This document shows, in pieces, positions 48,585-58,952 of a stretch of 64,000 bases of DNA. Source of the DNA: an uncultured Nitrospiraceae bacterium (GTDB taxonomy: Bacteria > Nitrospirota > UBA9217); the NCBI GenBank assembly GCA_964586075.1, contig CAZPGZ010000015.1, forward strand, positions 1,805 to 65,804, given 5' to 3'. The position numbers and the translations under genes were made by a program. Under the pieces are notes generated by a model. The model was not told the DNA's origin, did not search any database, and was given only the letters and a program-made list of their open reading frames with translations. Position 1 is the stretch's first letter. Each line of letters opens with the position of its first letter.

Positions 48585-49045
48585 ACGGCGCTTGCGGAAG
48601 CCATACTGTTTTTTTCTGAGCGCTGTTCAAAGAAAGTGGTCGACCAGCCTCTTCTGATGGCAGTTCCTTCGCAGTTCCGATTGCAGTTATGCCGGTATGT
48701 TCACACTGCAAACAACATGTTCCCTGCTCTCAATCGTTACGGTCAGATCATCAAATATTCCGGCTTTGTAATCCCGGAGCGTCGTACGGACAAGATCCTG
48801 CACCAGTATCCACTCGTCACCATGTAATGCATAGGGAGACCGGATGACGATACAGTGCTGATTCTTTCCGCTCAGCATGTTGTTCCCTTTCCCTTCGCTG
48901 TCCATACACTCCTCTTTTCAGTGACACGTATCAGCAAGCGTGCAAACAATCTCACGGAGTTGCCGGTCTGAATCTCCTTGCACCGTACTGCAGAACGTAC
49001 TATAATTCAAATCAATTATTTTTAATATAACGATAAACTTAATTT

Positions 49046-49936
49046 ATGGATTTAAACGATCTGAATTTGAACCAACTGAGAATTTTTCACACGGTGGCAC
49101 GGTTGCTGAGTTTTACCGGCGCATCCAGAGAGCTGCATCTTACGCAGCCGGGAATCAGCATGCACATCAAAGAACTCGAAAAGCATTATAAAACGAGACT
49201 TTTTGACAGACTTGGCAAAAAAATCGTTCTTACGCAGGCAGGGACAATTCTATTCAAAGCAACGGAAAATATCCTCGGTCTGGTAAACGAGGCAAAAATA
49301 AAAATAGATGATTTGCAGGGCCTTACCAGCGGCACCCTGAACATCGGTGCAAGCACCACTATCGGCACCTACATTCTTCCCGAACTGCTCGTAAAATTCA
49401 GACACGCGCATCCCAATATTGAAATAGCAATGGATATATCGTTGAGCCAGGAAGTCGTTGAGAAGGTGCTGAACAATAACATTGAAATCGGTTTTGTCGG
49501 TCATTGCGCACAGGAAAAAAAACTGCTGGTAAAACCCTTTGCAAAAGACCCGATGGTCTTGATCGTCGCGGCCAAGCATCCGTGGGCGAGACGCAGACAA
49601 CCGGTGCGCCTCCAGGATCTTTCCGACCAGCCCATTCTTCTGGCACGGCGGGGATCAGGGACGCGGGCCATCATGGAGCGTTTGTTTGCCAGACAGCAAA
49701 TTTCCCCAAAAAATCTCATGGAATTAGGCACGGTGGAAGGCGTCAAAAAAGCGGTCGAAATAGACTTGGGAATCTCCATTATTTCAAAGTATGTCGTGGC
49801 ACGGGAGCTGGCCGCGGGATTGCTCAAAACAGTCGCCATGAGCGACGTAGACCTCAACCGCGACCTGTACCTGCTGTACCATAAGAACCGATATTTGTCC
49901 GGTGCAGCCAGGGCTTTTCTTGCCCTGCTGCCGTAA
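49046..49936 (+). CDS. LysR-family transcriptional regulator
   Basis: The N-terminal HTH 'FHTVARLLSFTGASRELHLTQPGISMHIKELE', and a substrate-binding domain of about 200 aa. Confidence 0.85.
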   Translation: MDLNDLNLNQLRIFHTVARLLSFTGASRELHLTQPGISMHIKELEKHYKTRLFDRLGKKIVLTQAGTILFKATENILGLVNEAKIKIDDLQGLTSGTLNIGASTTIGTYILPELLVKFRHAHPNIEIAMDISLSQEVVEKVLNNNIEIGFVGHCAQEKKLLVKPFAKDPMVLIVAAKHPWARRRQPVRLQDLSDQPILLARRGSGTRAIMERLFARQQISPKNLMELGTVEGVKKAVEIDLGISIISKYVVARELAAGLLKTVAMSDVDLNRDLYLLYHKNRYLSGAARAFLALLP

Positions 49937-49956
49937 TCGGCGACAAGGAGCGCGTC

Positions 49957-51198
49957 ATGTTTTTTCAGGGCCTTTTCGGCATCTTACTCTTTCTCGCCAT
50001 TGCCTGGCTGGTGAGCGAAAACAGGAAAAAAGTGAACGTGAAGTCGATCCTGATCGGGGTCGCCCTGCAATTCATCATTGCCGTCATTCTTCTTTTTGTT
50101 CCCTTTTTCAGAAGCATCTTTCTTTTGCTGAATAATGTGGTCCTGGTCCTGGAAGCTGCAACAAAGGCCGGAACGTCCTTTGTATTCGGCTATATAGGCG
50201 GAGGCACCCCACCGTTTCTGCTCCAGGAACCCGGCGCGAATTTCATCCTGGCGTTTCAAGCTCTTCCGCTTGTTCTGGTTATCGGTGCGCTTTCCGCGCT
50301 GCTCTTTTACTGGCGCGTTCTGCCCTATATCGTGAAAGGCTTTTCTTTCATCCTCCAGAAAACCATGAACATCGGCGGCGCGCTCGGCCTCGGTGCCTCG
50401 ACCACGATTTTTCTCGGCATGGTGGAATCACCGCTTCTGATAAAGCCTTATCTTTCGAAAATGACCCGGAGTGAACTCTTCTCGCTCATGACCGTGGGCA
50501 TGGCCTGCATTGCCGGGACGGTAATGATTCTGTACGCAACGTTTTTGAACGGTGTGATCCCCGATCCGCTCGGACATATTCTGGTTGCGTCCTTTATTCA
50601 CGTTGCCGCCGCCATCACCATCGCTAGGATCATGGTTCCCGAGACGGAGGAAGAAACATCAAGTAACATTGTCCCCCGGCATACGGCGACGGGCTCGATG
50701 GACGCCATTGTGAAGGGAACCATGGATGGTCTTCACCTGCTCCTGAACATCGTGGCAATGCTGCTGGTCATGGTCTCGCTCATCTATCTTGCGAACCAGC
50801 TGACCGGACTTCTTCCGGATGTGAATGGACACCCGCTGACCCTCCAACGCATCCTCGGCTGGATCATGGCGCCCATCGTGTGGCTCTTCGGCATTCCCTG
50901 GCAGCAGGCCCAGACGGCAGGAAATCTCATGGGTACGAAAACCATTTTGAATGAACTGCTCGCATTCCTCGACCTTGCAAAGCTTCCGGCTGATGCTCTC
51001 GATGCACGCAGCAGGCTCATCATGACATACGCACTCTCCAGCTTTGCAAATTTTGGAAGCCTGGGCATTCTTATCGGCGGGCTCGGCACTCTTGCGCCTG
51101 AGCGGAGGGATGAAGTGGTGGGCCTCGGCATCAGAGCCATTGTCGCAGGCACTCTTGCTACCTGCATGACCGGAGCGGTCATCGGGATTCTTGTCTAA
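49957..51198 (+). CDS. nupC: NupC/CNT-family concentrative nucleoside transporter
   Basis: 413 aa and polytopic. The N-terminus 'GLFGILLFLAIAWLVSENRKKV' is characteristic of NupC. Confidence 0.75.
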   Translation: MFFQGLFGILLFLAIAWLVSENRKKVNVKSILIGVALQFIIAVILLFVPFFRSIFLLLNNVVLVLEAATKAGTSFVFGYIGGGTPPFLLQEPGANFILAFQALPLVLVIGALSALLFYWRVLPYIVKGFSFILQKTMNIGGALGLGASTTIFLGMVESPLLIKPYLSKMTRSELFSLMTVGMACIAGTVMILYATFLNGVIPDPLGHILVASFIHVAAAITIARIMVPETEEETSSNIVPRHTATGSMDAIVKGTMDGLHLLLNIVAMLLVMVSLIYLANQLTGLLPDVNGHPLTLQRILGWIMAPIVWLFGIPWQQAQTAGNLMGTKTILNELLAFLDLAKLPADALDARSRLIMTYALSSFANFGSLGILIGGLGTLAPERRDEVVGLGIRAIVAGTLATCMTGAVIGILV

Positions 51199-51301
51199 AT
51201 AACCGTTCCAGAATTCACAAAAAACGAAGCGAGTACCATATCTTGGAATAAAAAAGCCTTATTATTTGGGGCTTGAATGGGTTGAACCAGTTGTAAAACC
51301 G

Positions 51302-51853
51302 CTACTTCCCAGCCATGATTTTTTTATAGCAGGATGTATTCCGAATGTTGTTAAGGTCCGGGTCCGCCTTAATATCTCCCCATTTATTAAAACCTGCGTC
51401 GAGAGATTGCTGAAGCCATTTGCATGCTTCGGTAGGATTGTTCTTAATTGAATACAGACAGGCCAGATTATAGTATGGGCTACTATATTTTCGGTTCAAC
51501 TTGATTGCCTTCTTGTAATCCGCGATAGCCTGATCATATTGTTTTTTTCTCGCGTAGGCGTTGCCGCGATTATCGTAGCACATGTAATAGGTGGGGTTCA
51601 GCTTGGCTGTTTTATTATAGTCAGCGATAGCCTGATCGTATTTCCCTTTTGCCAGATAAGCATTTCCCCGGTTATAGTAAGATATGGATATATCTTTGAC
51701 TTTATCAACGCCATTAATCTGCTGCGTGCAGGCTTTAATTTGCCTGTCATATTCTTGTTTATTACCGTACTCATAGCACCAGTCCGTAGCAAAACCGGCT
51801 GAAGTGAAAAAAATCACAAAAACTACTGTGAACAGCATCCGTACGCTTTTCAT
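51302..51853 (-). CDS. Tetratricopeptide-repeat exported protein
   Basis: A signal peptide, and repeated 'YYNRGNAY..KG.YDQAIADY.KAIKLNP' TPR units. Confidence 0.75.
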   Translation of the reverse strand: MKSVRMLFTVVFVIFFTSAGFATDWCYEYGNKQEYDRQIKACTQQINGVDKVKDISISYYNRGNAYLAKGKYDQAIADYNKTAKLNPTYYMCYDNRGNAYARKKQYDQAIADYKKAIKLNRKYSSPYYNLACLYSIKNNPTEACKWLQQSLDAGFNKWGDIKADPDLNNIRNTSCYKKIMAGK

Positions 51854-51935
51854 GGCATCTCCCTATAGTTAAAAAGCTTTGTTTACCTGGTTCAAATTTT
51901 TTAAAATCGGGGCTTTGATTTCTCTCGCACACAAT

Positions 51936-53042
51936 TTACCGTGCAGGCGTCAGTTGCTCCCAATGCAGATTGGAGCCGACATTCGGATTATCGCCTGCTT
52001 TGTCCGTAACATAATATTCGCCAAGATTGTTGGACCACGCATGACCGTAACCGGAAGGCAGCTCCACTTCCTTGCCCGCGCGGGAATCATAGTAACGATC
52101 AACGCCTCTGATCTGGTCGCTGGTATTTTGCGAAATTTTATCCTGCACCTGCTGCCGCTGTTCCCAGGCGCGCATCTGGTCTTCCCTCATCTGGCTGCCC
52201 GCCTTCGCAATGATGTCTCCCATGCGTCCGATCGCCTTGATTTCCTTGATGCTCTTTTGCGCCAGCATTTCTTTCACGTTCACTACTTTTGCGTACCATT
52301 TGGGATTGATTTTCAATGAAAAAAGCATCGTTTGGAACGTCTTCGCCCTTGAATCGAGCTTTCCCTTTTCCGCACGGAATGAAAAAACGTAATCAATGTA
52401 CCAGTAGTTTATAAAATAGCGGGGTTCCGGATATATGACAAACTGGCTGACGGCCGCGTACAACTCTTCTTCCATGCGTTTGCCCCGTTCCTGATATCCG
52501 ACTCTGACTTTGCCGCCCTGAGCAGATGATTTCAGTCCCTGGACTGAATTGCCGGCCGCCAGCCTGGAGAGCTCCGGAATATTCTTTTCTTTCAGGATGA
52601 CCAGACCGCTTACATTCTTTCTTGCCTTCGGAATAACCACCTGGGTGAATGCTGCATGCAGGTCTATCGGTTTTGCCACCAGGGAATTGAAACGCAACGA
52701 GCCGGGCGGATTCGTTCTGAGGAACAGCTGGTTGTTGGTCCAAAAATAGGAGCGGGTCGGGAAAAGATTCATTTCTTCCGGTCCGGACGGGTTGTAAAAC
52801 CGGAACCGGGACTGGGCCGGCAATGCTGGATTTTTCGACCAGGTTATTGCCCCTTCCACTCGCCATCCCTTGGGAACAAGCAGCCGGAAGGCCTCCATGC
52901 CTGTCATGGGGTCCGTATATTTGTATGTCACGAATCTTTCCAGCGCAAGCGCGTCTTGCTGGTGATAGAGCATGACGACATTTACAAGAACCAGGAAGCC
53001 GAAAACAGCAAAAAATCGTAGTACCCTACGGAAAAAAATCAT
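51936..53042 (-). CDS. Hypothetical membrane-anchored protein
   Basis: The start is placed at the ATG giving the N-terminal anchor 'MIFFRRVLRFFAVFGFLVLV'. No family was recognised, and the C-terminus is charged and coiled-coil-like. Confidence 0.4.
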   Translation of the reverse strand: MIFFRRVLRFFAVFGFLVLVNVVMLYHQQDALALERFVTYKYTDPMTGMEAFRLLVPKGWRVEGAITWSKNPALPAQSRFRFYNPSGPEEMNLFPTRSYFWTNNQLFLRTNPPGSLRFNSLVAKPIDLHAAFTQVVIPKARKNVSGLVILKEKNIPELSRLAAGNSVQGLKSSAQGGKVRVGYQERGKRMEEELYAAVSQFVIYPEPRYFINYWYIDYVFSFRAEKGKLDSRAKTFQTMLFSLKINPKWYAKVVNVKEMLAQKSIKEIKAIGRMGDIIAKAGSQMREDQMRAWEQRQQVQDKISQNTSDQIRGVDRYYDSRAGKEVELPSGYGHAWSNNLGEYYVTDKAGDNPNVGSNLHWEQLTPAR

Positions 53043-53175
53043 AATGTATTGCCTCCCCTGGATACGTTTGTTATGAACAGTACTGTTACGAGTCGAGTGT
53101 AGTGTTTGTTTGATGAGCAGGTTTTTTGAAATCCGGCAAATGGTATCATATTCTTTATGGCGAGTCAAAAAAGCT

Positions 53176-53955
53176 TTATGATACCGTAAAAACGTCCGTG
53201 GCCTGATACCGGTCCGCAACATAAAGGGGTATGTTGCCGGCCAGGACTTCATGGTGGGTCCGCAGGGCGATATCGGGGTGGTTGTTCTGCTCGGAAAGAT
53301 GCGCCAGGCATGCCCACTGCAGGCGCTGCGCCTTAACTGCGCGATGCAGTATTTCAGCGGCGTCTCTGTTGGAAAGATGTCCGCGGGGTCCTTCGATACG
53401 CCGCTTCAGATAGGCAGGATAGGGTCCTGCCGCAAGCATGGCAGGATCGTAATTGCTCTCAAGAAAAACTGCGTCCAGCGATGAGACAATGCTGATAAGA
53501 TCTTTAAAAATATGTCCCAGATCAGTCAGAACACCCAAACGCTTTGCACCCGATTCAATGATGAACACCGAGCCGTCCGCGCCGTCGTGCGGCGTGGGAA
53601 TGGCATGCACCTGAACATTGCCGAATCTGAGCTTGTCATTCGACCGAAAATGGCGCACATCGTGCAATTTTCCAAGGTTGCAGCGCGAGGAAGCTGCAGC
53701 AAGCGTAGCCGGTGTTGCGTAAAGGGGCAGGCCATATTTCCGCTGATACACGCCTGCGTGCCGGATGTGGTCGCCGTGGTCGTGTGAAATAATAACAGCA
53801 TCCACTTCACGGATGTTTTTCCCGTGGGCCGCAAGCCGCTCTTCAGCCTGCACCCCGGTGATCCCTGCGTCGAACAGCAGCTTCACACCGTTCGCCTCGA
53901 CAAAGATGCAGTTTCCGTTGCTGCCTGACTGAAGGGAAATGGCAATCATGTTCAT
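53176..53955 (-). CDS. MBL-fold metallo-hydrolase
   Basis: The 'ISHDHGDHI' (HxHxDH) motif. 259 aa. Confidence 0.75.
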   Translation of the reverse strand: MNMIAISLQSGSNGNCIFVEANGVKLLFDAGITGVQAEERLAAHGKNIREVDAVIISHDHGDHIRHAGVYQRKYGLPLYATPATLAAASSRCNLGKLHDVRHFRSNDKLRFGNVQVHAIPTPHDGADGSVFIIESGAKRLGVLTDLGHIFKDLISIVSSLDAVFLESNYDPAMLAAGPYPAYLKRRIEGPRGHLSNRDAAEILHRAVKAQRLQWACLAHLSEQNNHPDIALRTHHEVLAGNIPLYVADRYQATDVFTVS

Positions 53956-54108
53956 ACCGGGCGTACTGTAACAGCCATTGCTGCATATGTCAACCGCGAA
54001 ATCATCACCTGACGAGTGTAGTCCTCACGTTGCAGGGCATTGTGCGATACAGAAAAATATTCTTGAGGATGCTTAAGCCATCCCTTATAATAGGCATGGT
54101 GTACACTC

Positions 54109-54831
54109 ATGCTGCAACTTGACTCGATCAGCATCGTCCTCGTGGACACAAAAACATCCGCCAACATCGGTGCAGTGGCACGATGCATGATGAACATGGG
54201 TCTCGTGCACCTTGCGCTGGTCCGGCCGCCCGCGAATTTTTTACAGAAAGCCTCAAAACTTGCAGCCGGGTCGGACACGATTCTGGAGCAGGCAAAAATT
54301 TTCCCCTCGCTTAAGGATGCGGTGGCGGATTGCGGTCTGGTGCTCGGCACATCGCGCCATAAAGGCCGTTTAAGAAAAAATATTCTTGCGCCCCAGGATG
54401 CCGCACGTGAAATCATTTCAATCCTGCCCCGTAACAGGGTCGCTGTGGTCTTCGGAAACGAAGTAAACGGTCTGACCCGTAAGGACATCGCCTGCTGCCA
54501 TGAATTAATATCCATTCCTTCGTCGGACGGATTTCCTTCGCTCAACCTTTCTCATGCGGTCATGATCATTGCGTATGAATTATTTCGGGCCGCACAAGAG
54601 CTGCACCCGCTCTCAGCCTCCGAACTTGCGACATCCGAAGCAACCGACGCATTCTATCACCAGCTGCAGAAGACCCTTCTGGACATCGGCTTTCTCGACC
54701 GCGATCAACCGGAGAGAATGATGCTTACGATACGGCAGATATTCGGAAGAGCGCGGTTGACCAAACGCGACGTCTCCGTTCTGAGAGGCATTCTTACGGC
54801 TGTAGACGGGTTGTATCGCCGTCAAAATTAA
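54109..54831 (+). CDS. trmJ: SpoU/TrmH-class RNA 2'-O-methyltransferase (TrmJ-like)
   Basis: 'IVLVDTKTSANIGAVARCMMNMG', 'VVFGNEVNGL', 'LNLSHAVMIIAYE'. Confidence 0.7.
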   Translation: MLQLDSISIVLVDTKTSANIGAVARCMMNMGLVHLALVRPPANFLQKASKLAAGSDTILEQAKIFPSLKDAVADCGLVLGTSRHKGRLRKNILAPQDAAREIISILPRNRVAVVFGNEVNGLTRKDIACCHELISIPSSDGFPSLNLSHAVMIIAYELFRAAQELHPLSASELATSEATDAFYHQLQKTLLDIGFLDRDQPERMMLTIRQIFGRARLTKRDVSVLRGILTAVDGLYRRQN

Positions 54832-54892
54832 GATAGCATGCAGTCAAGGTTTAGCAGGTTTTTGCGCAAATGCCGCTTTCAGGAGGGACGGT

Positions 54893-55393
54893 ATGAAAAG
54901 AATGTATCTGTTTTTTGTGTTTGCTTTTCTACTGGGGGGAATTGAGATGCTCTACTTCTATCCGCTGCTTCCCGACCGCATGGCGGTCCATTTCAGTGCA
55001 GCCGGCGCGGCGGATGGCTGGGGTCCGAAAAATCATTTTTTCATGACCATGGAAACGGTTTATGCCGTCCTGCTGCTTCTCTTCGGCGCCCTGCCGCTGC
55101 TTCTCCGGCGGCTGCCCGAGTCCCTGATAAATCTGCCGAACAAGAATTACTGGCTCGCGCCGGAACGCAAAGAACAGACCATGGACCGGTTGATGGGCCA
55201 ACTCCTGTTCGTAGGGGCCATGGCCCTGCTTTTAATGGACTGCGTGCTTTACCTGAGTTTTACAGCGAATTTTTCCACTCGGCCTTTCCTGCGGCCGGAA
55301 TTGCTATGGGGCATCATTGCCGTATTCTTTACGGCCAGTATTGCCTGGACTGTTTATTTGATACGAAGTTTCCGGCTGCCGAAAAACCCCTGA
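54893..55393 (+). CDS. DUF1648-like membrane protein
   Basis: 'LPDRMAVHFSAAGAADGWGPK' matches the DUF1648 N-terminal pattern. Four TM segments. Confidence 0.45.
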   Translation: MKRMYLFFVFAFLLGGIEMLYFYPLLPDRMAVHFSAAGAADGWGPKNHFFMTMETVYAVLLLLFGALPLLLRRLPESLINLPNKNYWLAPERKEQTMDRLMGQLLFVGAMALLLMDCVLYLSFTANFSTRPFLRPELLWGIIAVFFTASIAWTVYLIRSFRLPKNP

Positions 55394-55430
55394 TTCTCAG
55401 GCATCGCTGATTTGCTGATGCCCGACGCTT

Positions 55431-56657
55431 CTAATCCGCCTGCCGCCGTAAAAACGTCGGTTTGTCCAGGTCCTCACCGTCGATACCGAGCGTTTCATTT
55501 TTAAAATCGAATGATTCTTGTTTGCGCTTCGGCTTGTCAACGACCTTCATGAATTCCTTGAGGCTTACCGGCCGTTTTACGCGCTCCCGGATACCTTCCT
55601 CGTCAAAGCCAGTCGCTATCACGGTGACCATGACTTCCTCGCTCATCACCGGATTAATCACCGCCCCGAAAATGATGTTCGCACCGGGATCAACCTCATC
55701 CTTGATAATGGCGGAAGCTTCATTCAGTTCATAAATCCCCATGTCATTTCCGCCCGTGATATTAATCAAGACCGCGCGGGCTCCTTTGATGGAGCCGTCT
55801 TCCAGCAAGGGGCTGGCTATCGCCTTTTGCGCCGCATCCATGGCCCTGGTTTCTCCCCTGCCGATGCCGGTGCCCATCACGGACCTGCCCCGGTTGGACA
55901 TCACGGTTTTGACGTCCGCAAAATCCACATTCACGTATCCCGGCACCATCACCACATCGGAAATTCCTTTGACGGCCTGGCCGAGCACGTCATCGGCAAG
56001 CTTGAAGGAGTCGAGCAGTGTCGTCCTTTTTTCCGCGAGATTCAGGAGGCGTTCATTCGGGATCACAATAAGAGCGTCCACATTCTTCTTCAATTCCGCA
56101 ATGCCCTCTTCCGCCTTGTGCATCCGCGTTATTCCTTCGAAGCTGAAGGGTTTCGTGACAATACCGACGGTAAGGGCGCCTGCTTCGCGCGCGAGGTTCG
56201 CAATAATGGGAGCCGCCCCGGTGCCCGTGCCGCCGCCCATGCCCGCAGTTATAAAAACCATGTCCGCGCCGCTGACGGCGGACGTGATTTTGTCCGCGTC
56301 TTCGAGCGCAGCAGACCGTCCGATTTCAGGGTTGGCTCCGGCACCCCGGCCGCACGTAAGCCTTGACCCGATCTGCAGCTTGATCGGCGCACGTGCAAGT
56401 TCGAGCGCCTGCATATCGGTGTTCGCTATGATGAACTGCACCCCCTTGATGTTCGACTGAATCATGCTGTTCACGGCGTTGCTTCCCCCGCCTCCGACAC
56501 CGATCACTTTAATGACCGCAGGCAGTTTCTCTTCTTCGAACTGAAACATCCCTTTTGCCCTCCCTTCTTCGCGTGCCCCGCTTTCTTGAGTACCTGTATC
56601 GGAACCTTTCACAAAATCCATGATATCCTGGAACTTCATCTCTAGATTGTCATCCAT
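55431..56657 (-). CDS. ftsZ: Cell division GTPase FtsZ
   Basis: 'VIGVGGGGSNAVNSM', 'AGMGGGTGTGAAPIIA'. Confidence 0.95.
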   Translation of the reverse strand: MDDNLEMKFQDIMDFVKGSDTGTQESGAREEGRAKGMFQFEEEKLPAVIKVIGVGGGGSNAVNSMIQSNIKGVQFIIANTDMQALELARAPIKLQIGSRLTCGRGAGANPEIGRSAALEDADKITSAVSGADMVFITAGMGGGTGTGAAPIIANLAREAGALTVGIVTKPFSFEGITRMHKAEEGIAELKKNVDALIVIPNERLLNLAEKRTTLLDSFKLADDVLGQAVKGISDVVMVPGYVNVDFADVKTVMSNRGRSVMGTGIGRGETRAMDAAQKAIASPLLEDGSIKGARAVLINITGGNDMGIYELNEASAIIKDEVDPGANIIFGAVINPVMSEEVMVTVIATGFDEEGIRERVKRPVSLKEFMKVVDKPKRKQESFDFKNETLGIDGEDLDKPTFLRRQAD

Positions 56658-56688
56658 GAATTTTCCCTTTCATTCCACAATTCCGGGT

Positions 56689-57909
56689 TCAGATATATTC
56701 CCCCAGCCACTTCCAGAATTTATTCAATGGTCCGCCGCTTTTAAATGTACGCGGTGTTTCTTCCGTGTTTTCCGCGCCCCACAAGACAAGACCAACGCCC
56801 GTGGCATAAATGGGGCTGTTCACCACGTCCATCAATCCTCCTATGTTTCTCGGGGTGCCCCGTCTGATGGGAAGGCCGAGATACCGCTCAGCAGCGTCCT
56901 GTGCTCCCTCCATAAGAGCCGTCCCGCCCGTAAGCACGACACCCGACGCGAACATGTCTTCGAACCCGGTCTTTTTCAGCCGTTGCTGTACCATGCCGAA
57001 AAGCTCCTCAACGCGCGGCTCAATAATTTCACACAGGATCTGGCGCGAAAGAAGACGGGGAGGCCTGCCTCCCACGCTCGGGACATCCAACGTCTCTTCA
57101 TGCTTGACCAGCGAGGAGAGCGCACACCCATACTTGACTTTAATTTTTTCCGCTTCTGATGCCGGTGTTCGCAGGCCGATTGCAATATCGTTCGTCAGAT
57201 GGTTGCCGCCGATGGGCAATACCTCCGTATGCCAGAGGCTGCCTTCCAGGAAAAATGCTACGTCCGTTGTCCCGCCGCCGATGTCCACAACCACCACGCC
57301 CAGTTCCTGTTCTTCGGCTGTCAACACAGCCTTGCTCGATGCGAGCGGCTGCAGGACCAGGTCATTCACGGTCAATCCGGCACGCGAGCAGCTTTTGATG
57401 ATGTTCTGTATGGCGGTCACGGCACCAGTGATGATATGAACCTTCACATCAAGCCTCGTTCCCGACATGCCGAGGGGTTCCTTGATGCCGTCCTGGTCAT
57501 CAATGATGAATTCCTGCGGAAGCACATGCAGAATCTGCTGGTCCATGGGGATGTTTACGGCGCGGGCCCCGTCGATAGCACGGGCGACATCGGTCGGTCC
57601 CACCTCTTTGTTCTTGATGGCCGCCACCCCACGCGAGTTAATGCCTTTAATATGACCACCCGAGATCCCCACAAAAACCGAATTGATCTCGACACCCGCC
57701 ATAAGTTCGGCCTCGTGCACCGCCTTTTTTATTGATTCGACCGTGCTGTCGATGTTCACGACCACACCCTTTTTGAGGCCGTGTGAAGGGCTGATGCCGA
57801 TCCCGATGATGTCGACCTGCCCGCCGTCTTTTACCATTCCCACGATGGCACAGACCTTCGTTGTTCCCAGATCCAGGCCCACAATCACATTGTCCATTTT
57901 TTTTGCCAC
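56689..57909 (-). CDS. ftsA: Cell division protein FtsA
   Basis: An actin-fold ATPase with 'VGLDLGTTKVCAIV' and 'VVVDIGGGTTDVAFF'. Confidence 0.9.
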   Translation of the reverse strand: MAKKMDNVIVGLDLGTTKVCAIVGMVKDGGQVDIIGIGISPSHGLKKGVVVNIDSTVESIKKAVHEAELMAGVEINSVFVGISGGHIKGINSRGVAAIKNKEVGPTDVARAIDGARAVNIPMDQQILHVLPQEFIIDDQDGIKEPLGMSGTRLDVKVHIITGAVTAIQNIIKSCSRAGLTVNDLVLQPLASSKAVLTAEEQELGVVVVDIGGGTTDVAFFLEGSLWHTEVLPIGGNHLTNDIAIGLRTPASEAEKIKVKYGCALSSLVKHEETLDVPSVGGRPPRLLSRQILCEIIEPRVEELFGMVQQRLKKTGFEDMFASGVVLTGGTALMEGAQDAAERYLGLPIRRGTPRNIGGLMDVVNSPIYATGVGLVLWGAENTEETPRTFKSGGPLNKFWKWLGEYI

Positions 57910-57967
57910 AACACACCCCCGTTAGGAAACCTCTTCCGGCAAAGAGAGCCGGACTGAGAATGGCTCA

Positions 57968-58882
57968 TCATCCCTTGCTTCGTTTTAACTCTTTTTTCCC
58001 GTTGCTTTTTACCGCCTTGCTCTTGCTGGATGCATTTTTCGACAGTACTGCAACCTGACGGTCGGAGCGAAGATCAACGTAGGCGATCTGCAGGTCGCGC
58101 TGCTTTACATCCGCCATCACCTCCGACAGCCTGCGGAGTTTTTCCGCGTACCGGGTGCTGCCGATTTTGAATTCATGGTCGGCATATACAATAGCAAGCG
58201 ACTCGGGTGTATTTGCTCTGATATACACATCTTCAAGGCGCCAGCCTCCTTGCCCCGCAATCTCCGACAAAAGCTTTAATGCTTCTCCCAATGCTTCGGC
58301 AGACGCCTGTTCTCCGAATCGTACCCGGCAGTCCCTGATCGCGATAACAGGGAGCGGCCAAGCTCCTGCCGTTTCTTTTGCAAACCGCTCAATAACAACT
58401 CCCTCGCTGTCCATCAGAAACCGTCCCGCAGCGGTTTCCAGAAGCGCGTGTGGCGTCCGTTCAGTAACAACCATGCTGACCCTGTTCGGCAAGCTGCGGC
58501 TGATGCTGACGGATTTAATCCAGGGGTTTGCCTGCGCTCGTCTGACAGCGGCATCGAGGTCCACCCGAAAAATATTTTCTCCGGTAAATGCTCCGGCGAT
58601 TTTTTTCAGCTCTGCTTCGTCGAGCTGCTTTACGCCTCTGACGTCCACACCGGCTATTTGGAACAACTCTGCGCGCATGACGGTCCGATATGCCTGCCAG
58701 CCCAGCCAGCTTCCCGCCGCAATGACCACCGCTGCAAGAAGCATAACCATGACGGTTTTGATTTGGCCGGTCGCGGCCCCTTGGCGAGGAGCGTCACGCC
58801 GCACCACCGCGCGTTTTACCGTCACACGATTTCTTGCCGATCGGTCTCTTCGAGGAACTCTTACGTTTTTATAATCCCGCAT
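57968..58882 (-). CDS. ftsQ: Cell division protein FtsQ/DivIB (POTRA domain)
   Basis: A basic N-terminus, a single TM segment, a POTRA-like 'FQIAGVDVRGVKQLDEAEL', and its position between ddl and ftsA. Confidence 0.8.
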   Translation of the reverse strand: MRDYKNVRVPRRDRSARNRVTVKRAVVRRDAPRQGAATGQIKTVMVMLLAAVVIAAGSWLGWQAYRTVMRAELFQIAGVDVRGVKQLDEAELKKIAGAFTGENIFRVDLDAAVRRAQANPWIKSVSISRSLPNRVSMVVTERTPHALLETAAGRFLMDSEGVVIERFAKETAGAWPLPVIAIRDCRVRFGEQASAEALGEALKLLSEIAGQGGWRLEDVYIRANTPESLAIVYADHEFKIGSTRYAEKLRRLSEVMADVKQRDLQIAYVDLRSDRQVAVLSKNASSKSKAVKSNGKKELKRSKG

Positions 58883-58952
58883 GCTCCCTTTCGGACGTCA
58901 GCATCTGAATAACCGATACCAAGCATCCCCGGGTCTTCAATCCGGAGTGCGA

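Noticed and set aside
53043-53252. N-terminal extension of the 51936-53252 ORF
   Set aside because: The extension overlaps the 3' end of the MBL gene and is hydrophilic and unconserved-looking. The internal ATG at 53042 starts directly at a signal-anchor helix.
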